Assembly: GCA_041611735.1 (NCBI GenBank)
Contig: JBFIML010000011.1
Location: 1 to 64,000, forward strand
Direction: 5' to 3'
Source of the DNA: Myxococcota bacterium
Lineage (GTDB): Bacteria; Myxococcota_A; UBA9160; PR03
Length of the DNA: 64,000 nt
Below are positions 57,593 through 64,000 of this stretch, in pieces. The notes below the pieces were generated by a model. The model had not been told where the DNA came from. It did no database searches and saw only the letters and a list, made by a program, of their open reading frames with translations. The position numbers and the translations under genes are program-made. How positions within the stretch are numbered: position 1 is the stretch's first letter; every line of letters begins with the position of its first letter.

Positions 57593-58636
57593 TCACGCGA
57601 TGCGCGCCAGGTCTGCGGCGTGCACCTCGTGCTCCAGCGGTCGCCCCGCGACCCAGCGCTCGATCTCGTCGATGGCGAGGGTGGCCAGCCGCTGGGTCTC
57701 CGGGCCGAGGGCGCCCGCCACGTGGGGGGTCAGGAGCACGTTCGGGAGCTCGTAGAGCGGCGAGCCGGCGGGGAGCACCTCCGGCTCGGTGGTGTCGATC
57801 ACCGCGTCGATGCGCCCGGAGACGAGCTCCGCGGTCAGCGCCTCCCCGTCCACCAGCGCCCCGCGCGCGGTGTTGATGAGGACCGCGCCATCCCGAAGCA
57901 GCCCGAGGCGGCGCCGGTCGATCATCCCGCGGGTCTCCGGAAGCGCCGGGGCGTGCAGGGTCACCACGTCCGCGCGGCGCAGCAGCTCGTCGAGCTCCAC
58001 GGGCTCGGCGCCCAGCGCCCCCGCCTCCGCCGGGTCCAGATACGGGTCCGACACCAGCACCGAGAAGTCGAAGGGACGCAGCAGCGCGATCAGGCGCCGT
58101 CCGACGCGCGACGCGCCCACCACCCCGATCACCTTGCCGTAGTTGCCGAGGCCCGGCTCCTCCACCGGCCACAGCCGGAAGGTCCGGGCCTCGCGGTAGC
58201 GACGCTGGAGGCGGAAGATGCGCTTGTTCGCGAACAGGATCGCGGCCAGCGCGTACTCCGCCACCGGAAGCGCATTGGCGGCGGCGGCCGAGACCACGCG
58301 GATCCCACGCGGGAAGCACACCGGGTCCACGTGGTTCCTGACCGTCCCGGCCGCGTGCGCGACGAGACGGAGCCGGGGCGCCCGCGCCAGCAGGCTCGCG
58401 TCGAGGCGCGGACAGCCCCAGCCGGTGAGCAGGACCTCCACCTCGGGCAGGAGCCGTTCGGCTCGTGGCTCGTCGAAGCGGGCCAGCGGCTCGGGGTCGG
58501 GCACGCGGCACAGCTTGCGCAGGCGCTGGTGGTGGGCGGGCGAGAGCAGGTCGCGGGTCAGCGCGGGGGCCATCGCCAGGGCGAGCGTCGGCGTCTCCTG
58601 CCCGCGCGACCGGGGCCGCGAAGCCGGGGACGTCAC
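57593..58636 (-). CDS. D-isomer-specific 2-hydroxyacid dehydrogenase
   Basis: TGWG, HAAGTV, NALPVAE, GASRVG, INTARG, TPHVAG. Confidence 0.92.
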   Translation of the reverse strand: MTSPASRPRSRGQETPTLALAMAPALTRDLLSPAHHQRLRKLCRVPDPEPLARFDEPRAERLLPEVEVLLTGWGCPRLDASLLARAPRLRLVAHAAGTVRNHVDPVCFPRGIRVVSAAAANALPVAEYALAAILFANKRIFRLQRRYREARTFRLWPVEEPGLGNYGKVIGVVGASRVGRRLIALLRPFDFSVLVSDPYLDPAEAGALGAEPVELDELLRRADVVTLHAPALPETRGMIDRRRLGLLRDGAVLINTARGALVDGEALTAELVSGRIDAVIDTTEPEVLPAGSPLYELPNVLLTPHVAGALGPETQRLATLAIDEIERWVAGRPLEHEVHAADLARIA

Positions 58637-60876
58637 CGGTCGCGGCGCGGCCCCAGGGCTTCGCGGACGTCGCCGTCGAAGTCGAGGATCAGGCCGAAGT
58701 TCCCTCGCGCGATCTCGTAGCGACGCTCCAGGAACTCGACCCGCGTGAAGGGGTTTTCCAGGCGCGGGTAGCCGCCGAGCGCCACCGCCTGGCCCTGCAC
58801 CCGGAGGGGGCCCTGCCAGCCGAGCTCCAGGCGGCCCAGGGTCGGCGACGCGTAGGCCACCTCGAAGGCCTCGGCGGTGGGCGTCACCTGCACCGGGCTC
58901 GCCGCCACCGCGGCCCGGAAGGCGGCGAAGCCGCCGCGCCACTGGTCCCGGGTCCCGACCTCGACGATCCAAACGTTGCGCGCGCCACCCGGGGCCACCA
59001 GGTCGAAGTCCTGGCCGCCGTTCTGGAACACCTCGGGCTGCCCGCGTCGCCAGAGCGTGGGGCGCCAGCTGTAGAGCGCCACGTAGCCCTTGCCCCGGCG
59101 GCCGAAGGTCCAGGGCCCCTGCTGCACCACCTCGTCGAAGTGAGCGTGGGGGAAGTAGGCGTGGGTCTCGTCCCGGTAGCCGAAGCCGAGCGCCGGCAGC
59201 GCGCCGTACTGGGGTGCGTAGATGGCGATGGTCACGTTCTCGTGCTGGGCGGCCCGCGGCTGCGAGGCCTCGCCGGTCCAGTAGCCCGGGCCCGGCTCGT
59301 CCTCCCGCTGCCAGTTCCAGTCGTCCGGCACCGGCTGCCCCGGCGCCACCGGCAGGTAGCCGGGGTGCTGGGTGAACACCAGCGCCCGCTCGTCCAGCGT
59401 CGCCTGCCAGGTGTGGGTCTGCGAGCCGCGCACGCCCTTGCGGTAGTCCTGGGCGGTAGAGAGCATGGCGTCGGCCGTGCGCCAGGTGTACGTGTTCACC
59501 TCCTTGAGCACCGACTCGTTGATGAGCGGCCACAGGGCGCGCGCGAAGAACCAGGCGGTGCGGATCGAGCTCTCCAGCTCGCCGGTCCAGACCAGCTGTC
59601 GCAGCGGTGCGAAGGGCCGCAACTGCGCCACCCACAGGTTCTCGCGCTCGGCCACCTCGAGCGTGATCGGCAGGATCTGCCACACCGGCTGGGCGCCCAT
59701 GGACCACCAGAAGGGCAGGTTCCTCTCGTCGGTGTAGTCGAGGCCGAAGGGCGCCTCGGGCACGCTCGCGGTCATGAAGTCCTCGGGCGGCACCTCGTCC
59801 AGGGGCAGGTTCATGCGCTGGCGGTCCACCATGGGAGCGTCGTGGCGGGCGATGCGTCGGATCACCTCCGGCAGGCGGTACTTGCGCGCCCGGGCCATGG
59901 CCACGGCGCCGGAGTCGCCGGCGCTCGTCCAGGGGAGGCGGGTGTCGTCGAACAGGAGCTTGCTCCAGCCGAAGGTGTTCTCGGTGTCCGCTGCGGCCTT
60001 GTCCTTCACGTAGGAGCGTCCGTGGGTGGCTCCGAAGGTCCCGCGGTGCAGGTGCAGGGCGGTGTCCAGCAGCACCAGATCGAGCACCATCGCCGCCCGC
60101 TTCGCCACCAGGGGATCCTCGGCCCACTCCACCAGGGACAGCAGCGGGCGCACGTCCAGGTCGTAGTAGACGTTCGAGTGCCACTCGGTGAAGCCGAAGC
60201 GCGCCCGCTCGTCCAGCCAGGTGAGGATGGCCGAGCGCGCCCGCTCCCGGTGCTCGGAGCCGCGCAGGCCCGTCACCGAGAAGACGCGGTCCGGAAAGCG
60301 CTGGCCGGCCAGGTACTCGCAGGTGCGGAAGATCAGGATGTGGTTCTCGGTCCAGTACCACATGACGTCGACCACCTGGGCGCCGTCCACGATGCGCTCC
60401 GGCGTCGGGTCCGTGTACCAGTACTTGAAGGTGAGGAGGGCCTGCTCCACGCGCTGCCAGAGCGCCTCGCTGATGGCCGGATGCCCCCGGTAGCCGTAGA
60501 GCAGATCCACGAAGCGCAGGGCGTCGAAGTCGCTGGTGTCGCGCAGGCGCCACATCTTGTCGAAGATCGGGTCCCAGGCGTCGTCCGGGATGGCGCCGGC
60601 CGGCACCGCGAAGCGGTGCTCGCGAGCATCGCGCTCCAGGTGGGCGATCACGTTGGAGACCGCGCCGGGCCTCAGGGGCTGCGCGGTGGCAAAACGCAGG
60701 AACTGCGTCTGCCGGGCCCGCAGCAAGGCCGGGTGCATGAAGCCGTCACGACCCGGGGTTTCGGGCTTCGCAGCCAGGAGCCCGGTTACGGCCAGGAGCA
60801 GGAGCAGACCCCGGCCGAGGACCGGGAGTCGGCGGGGTGCGCGAGCGGAGGCAAAGCGAGGGGGGGGCTGCTGCAT
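58633..60876 (-). CDS. Large secreted hypothetical protein (possibly alpha/alpha-toroid plus beta-sandwich, heparinase/lyase-like)
   Basis: Signal-like N-terminus; DTSDF, FKYW, YWTENH, GFTEWHSNVYY, THGRSY, QTHTWQA; fold is inferred. Confidence 0.75.
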   Translation of the reverse strand: MQQPPPRFASARAPRRLPVLGRGLLLLLAVTGLLAAKPETPGRDGFMHPALLRARQTQFLRFATAQPLRPGAVSNVIAHLERDAREHRFAVPAGAIPDDAWDPIFDKMWRLRDTSDFDALRFVDLLYGYRGHPAISEALWQRVEQALLTFKYWYTDPTPERIVDGAQVVDVMWYWTENHILIFRTCEYLAGQRFPDRVFSVTGLRGSEHRERARSAILTWLDERARFGFTEWHSNVYYDLDVRPLLSLVEWAEDPLVAKRAAMVLDLVLLDTALHLHRGTFGATHGRSYVKDKAAADTENTFGWSKLLFDDTRLPWTSAGDSGAVAMARARKYRLPEVIRRIARHDAPMVDRQRMNLPLDEVPPEDFMTASVPEAPFGLDYTDERNLPFWWSMGAQPVWQILPITLEVAERENLWVAQLRPFAPLRQLVWTGELESSIRTAWFFARALWPLINESVLKEVNTYTWRTADAMLSTAQDYRKGVRGSQTHTWQATLDERALVFTQHPGYLPVAPGQPVPDDWNWQREDEPGPGYWTGEASQPRAAQHENVTIAIYAPQYGALPALGFGYRDETHAYFPHAHFDEVVQQGPWTFGRRGKGYVALYSWRPTLWRRGQPEVFQNGGQDFDLVAPGGARNVWIVEVGTRDQWRGGFAAFRAAVAASPVQVTPTAEAFEVAYASPTLGRLELGWQGPLRVQGQAVALGGYPRLENPFTRVEFLERRYEIARGNFGLILDFDGDVREALGPRRDR

Positions 60877-61019
60877 GGGCGGTCTCCAACCAGGACCTCG
60901 AGGGTAGTCACCGGTACCCCGCCGGGTCAACGACGACGCGCAGCCCTCGTCGAGCAGCGGCGCTGCACGGCGGTCGCCATGGCCTGACGGCAATCGCCTG
61001 GAGTAGTCTCGGCGCCAGC

Positions 61020-63458
61020 ATGGCTCACCCGGAGCGGCGACGTCTCACCCCACTCGACCTGGGCATCTTCACCATCAGCCTCGCCATTCTGCTGTTGGAG
61101 CTGCTGCTCACCCGCATCTTCTCGGTGGTGATGTATCACCACTTCTCGTTCCTGGCCATGTCCCTGGCCATGACGGGGCTCGGGCTCGGCGGGCTCCTCG
61201 TGCACCTGCGCCCGCGCCGGTTCCGCGCCGACAACATCCGCACGGTGGCACCCATGCTCAGCGTGGTGTTCGCGCTCGGCGTGCTCGTCTCCGCCTGGGT
61301 CGCCTTTCACATGCCGATCCGGCTCGAGACCAGCGCGGCGAACTCGAGCCGGGTCGCGCTGGTCCTGGTCCTGAGCCTGGTGCCCCTGACCGCGGGGGGC
61401 CTGATCATCGCCCAGATTCTCGCGTACAACTACGAGCGGGCGAACCGGCTCTACTGCTTCGACCTGCTGGGCGCAGGCCTGGCCTGCCTGCTGTTCGTTC
61501 CGCTGACCAACCAGCTGGGTGCGCCGACCGCGCTGCTCGTGACCGCCGTCATCGGTCTCGTCGGCGGCGCGCTGCTGGCGGAGGGTCGGGGCGCGCGCCG
61601 TGCCAACGGGGCCGGCGCGCTGGCGCTGCTGGTCCTCTCGGTCTTCAATCTGAACGCGGGCTTTTTCGACGTCCAGTTCACCCGGGGCGCCAGGCAGCTT
61701 CCGACCCTGGTCACGCGCTGGAACTCGTTCTCCCGCGTCGAGGTGCGAGGGACCCCGGCGGAGATGGAGCGCCCTCGGCCGTCCTTCGCATGGGGCTTGA
61801 GCTCGCAGCTGCGCAGGCAGGTCCGCGAGCTCCACCTGCTCTACGACGGTGGGGCGCTGACCCAGATCCCGAGGTTCGATGGAGACCTGAGCGAGGTCGA
61901 CTACCTGTTGTGGGACGTCACCAGTGCGGCACACCACGCCCGGACCCAGCCGCGCGTGCTGGTCATCGGAGCCGGGGGAGGGCGCGACCTGCTGACCGCA
62001 CTCGTCGCAGGCGCCACCCGGGTCACGGCGCTCGAGATCAACGACATCACGGTGGAACTGATGCAGGGCCGCTTTCGCGACTACACGGGGGGTCTCTACG
62101 TCGACCATCCGGACGTGACGGTCGTGAACGAAGACGGCCGTAGCTTCGTGCGCCGTACGCGCGAGCGCTACGACCTGATCCAGGCGTCTCTCGTCGATAC
62201 GGCCGCCGCCTCGTCGGCGGGCGTCTACGCCCTCACCGAGAACAGCCTCTACACGGTGGAGGCCTTCCTCGACTTCTTTGCCAGGCTCGAGCCCGACGGC
62301 ATGCTGAGCTTCTCGTGGTGGTACGACACGCCGCCGGTGGAGGTGCTGAAGATCGTGACGCTCGCGCGCGTGGCGCTCGAGCGCCTGGGAGTCGGGGACC
62401 CGGCTCCGCACCTGGTCGTGGTGCGCACGAATCCCGAGCTGACCCGCAGGCTCTCGCTGGCCACGATCCTGGTCCGGCGCTCGCCGTTTCCGTCCCAGGA
62501 GCTGGCCGCGCTCGCGGCCTGGGCCGACCGGATGCGCTTCCAGCTGGCGTACGTACCGTCGCAGGCAAGCCCGCACGGGGGGGACGGGGTCATCGAGACG
62601 CTGCTGGGTCCCAAGGCGGAGGCCGCCGACTTCGCCAAGACCAGGCCCTTCGACCTCTCGCCGACCACGGACGATCGGCCGTTCTTCTTCGACCGGGTTC
62701 CCCTGCTGGCGTGGACGGCCGCCCGGCTGGGCCTCCCGGCCCCGGCCCGCGGTCACGGAACGCTCCCGCTCGGGAGCCAGACCCTGCTGGTGGCGCTGGG
62801 GGTCACGGGCGCGAGCGCGCTCCTGCTCTTCACCCTGCCCATGTGGCTGGGGCCGTCCAGGCAGGGCGGCCCGGACGGGCGGCGTGCGGTGCCGCAGCGG
62901 CTGGCCTGGATGCTGTACTTCGCTTGCCTGGGTCTCGGGTACATCATCGTGGAGATCGTGTTGATCCAGCGCTTCAACCTGTACCTGGGTCGGCCCGCCT
63001 ACTCGTTGACCGTCGTGCTCTTCACGATGCTCGCGTCCAGTGGACTCGGGGCGCTGGCGGCAGCTCGCTGGTCGGGACGGGCGGCGTTGATCCCCATGTT
63101 GCTAGGGGTCTGCCTGGCCATCGGCGCCGTGGCGCTCGGGCTCGAAGCCATCATCGGGGCCACGCTGGCCGCGTCGGCTGGAAGCAGGATGATGACTGCC
63201 GCGGCGTTCGTCGCGCCGGTGGGTTTCGTGATGGGGATGCCGTTTCCGAGCGGACTGCGGCAAGCCGGGCGGACCTCGGAGTCGCTCGCCTCCTGGGCCT
63301 GGGCCATGAACGGCGGGGCCTCGGTCTTCGGCTCGGTGGTGGCCGTCGTGGTCTCGATGACGGTGGGCTTCTCGGGCTGTCTGACGCTGGCAACGGCGGT
63401 CTACGCCCTCGCCCTGGGGGTCGCCGTCTACCTGGTGCGCAGCCGCCGAGCCGCCTGA
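61020..63458 (+). CDS. Polytopic membrane protein with a spermidine synthase-like SAM-binding domain
   Basis: About 7 N-terminal TMs, RWNSFSRV, VLVIGAGGGRD, EDGRSFV, ENSLYTVEAF, TDDRPFF, about 6 C-terminal TMs, WAWAMNG. Confidence 0.85.
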   Translation: MAHPERRRLTPLDLGIFTISLAILLLELLLTRIFSVVMYHHFSFLAMSLAMTGLGLGGLLVHLRPRRFRADNIRTVAPMLSVVFALGVLVSAWVAFHMPIRLETSAANSSRVALVLVLSLVPLTAGGLIIAQILAYNYERANRLYCFDLLGAGLACLLFVPLTNQLGAPTALLVTAVIGLVGGALLAEGRGARRANGAGALALLVLSVFNLNAGFFDVQFTRGARQLPTLVTRWNSFSRVEVRGTPAEMERPRPSFAWGLSSQLRRQVRELHLLYDGGALTQIPRFDGDLSEVDYLLWDVTSAAHHARTQPRVLVIGAGGGRDLLTALVAGATRVTALEINDITVELMQGRFRDYTGGLYVDHPDVTVVNEDGRSFVRRTRERYDLIQASLVDTAAASSAGVYALTENSLYTVEAFLDFFARLEPDGMLSFSWWYDTPPVEVLKIVTLARVALERLGVGDPAPHLVVVRTNPELTRRLSLATILVRRSPFPSQELAALAAWADRMRFQLAYVPSQASPHGGDGVIETLLGPKAEAADFAKTRPFDLSPTTDDRPFFFDRVPLLAWTAARLGLPAPARGHGTLPLGSQTLLVALGVTGASALLLFTLPMWLGPSRQGGPDGRRAVPQRLAWMLYFACLGLGYIIVEIVLIQRFNLYLGRPAYSLTVVLFTMLASSGLGALAAARWSGRAALIPMLLGVCLAIGAVALGLEAIIGATLAASAGSRMMTAAAFVAPVGFVMGMPFPSGLRQAGRTSESLASWAWAMNGGASVFGSVVAVVVSMTVGFSGCLTLATAVYALALGVAVYLVRSRRAA

Positions 63459-63608
63459 GGCGCGGGGGGTCGCCGGCCGTCCGCCCGGTCCAGGATGCCG
63501 TAGCAGGCGGAGGAAGGGCGAAGCGCACCAGGCCGCCGGACCCGCGAGTGTGTCGTGAGATGCGGGTCTGTGCTTTCCTGTCGGGATTGCGTGCCATCCG
63601 GAGGAATC

Positions 63609-64000
63609 ATGCCTCGCCGCTTCACCCGTCTCGGCTTCCAGATCCCGAACTTCACCTTCCCCGACTTGCCGGAAGCCCAGCTCTTCGAGCGGGTGGCAGG
63701 CATGGCCGAGAAGGCGGAGGAGTCGGGCTTCGACACCGTCTTCGTGATGGACCACTTCTACCAGCTTCCGATGCTCGGGCCTCCCGACTGGAACATGTTG
63801 GAGGCGTACACGCTGCTCGGCGCCCTGGCGGCGCGCACGCAGAAGGCGCGGCTCGGCACCCTCGTCACGGGCAACACCTACCGGAACCCGGCGCTGCTCG
63901 GAAAGATCGTGACCACCCTCGATGTGATCTCGGGCGGGCGCGCACTGCTCGGCATCGGTACGGGCTGGTTCGAGCTGGAGCACACGGGGCTCGGCTTCGA
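63609..64000 (+). CDS. LLM-class, probably F420-dependent oxidoreductase (partial; runs off the window)
   Basis: GGAGG RBS; AEESGFDTVFVMDHFYQLP, LEAYT, LVTGNTYRNPALL, LDVISGGR. Confidence 0.88.
   Translation, partial: MPRRFTRLGFQIPNFTFPDLPEAQLFERVAGMAEKAEESGFDTVFVMDHFYQLPMLGPPDWNMLEAYTLLGALAARTQKARLGTLVTGNTYRNPALLGKIVTTLDVISGGRALLGIGTGWFELEHTGLGF

Overview
A very GC-rich, gene-dense bacterial chromosomal segment with about 60 CDS. I found no rRNA, tRNA, CRISPR array, integrase or transposase. The host is a diderm (mlaFEDAC operon, PEP-CTERM proteins); the gene mix suggests Myxococcota or a deltaproteobacterial relative, which is an inference. Content is mostly lipid and CoA catabolism (acyl-CoA dehydrogenases, enoyl-CoA hydratases, CoA-transferase, an lvaABC/ACAD10-like kinase cluster), secreted hydrolases, an aminosugar/glycosyltransferase locus bracketed by two PEP-CTERM genes, and a six-gene putative sugar-acid catabolic operon. 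Most long ORFs in the supplied track are GC-rich shadow frames, so starts were re-called by eye. The main signals not explained by gene annotation are: (1) three copies of an 82-93 bp palindromic element (GGGGAC...GTCCCC) at gene junctions, two of which flank fadE in inverted orientation and overlap start or stop codons; (2) four well-spaced sigma-54 (-24/-12) promoters, two of them before the PEP-CTERM genes; (3) three gene remnants largely hidden in the ORF track; (4) candidate C-terminal anchor domains on secreted enzymes. All family assignments come from motif recognition, not database searches.
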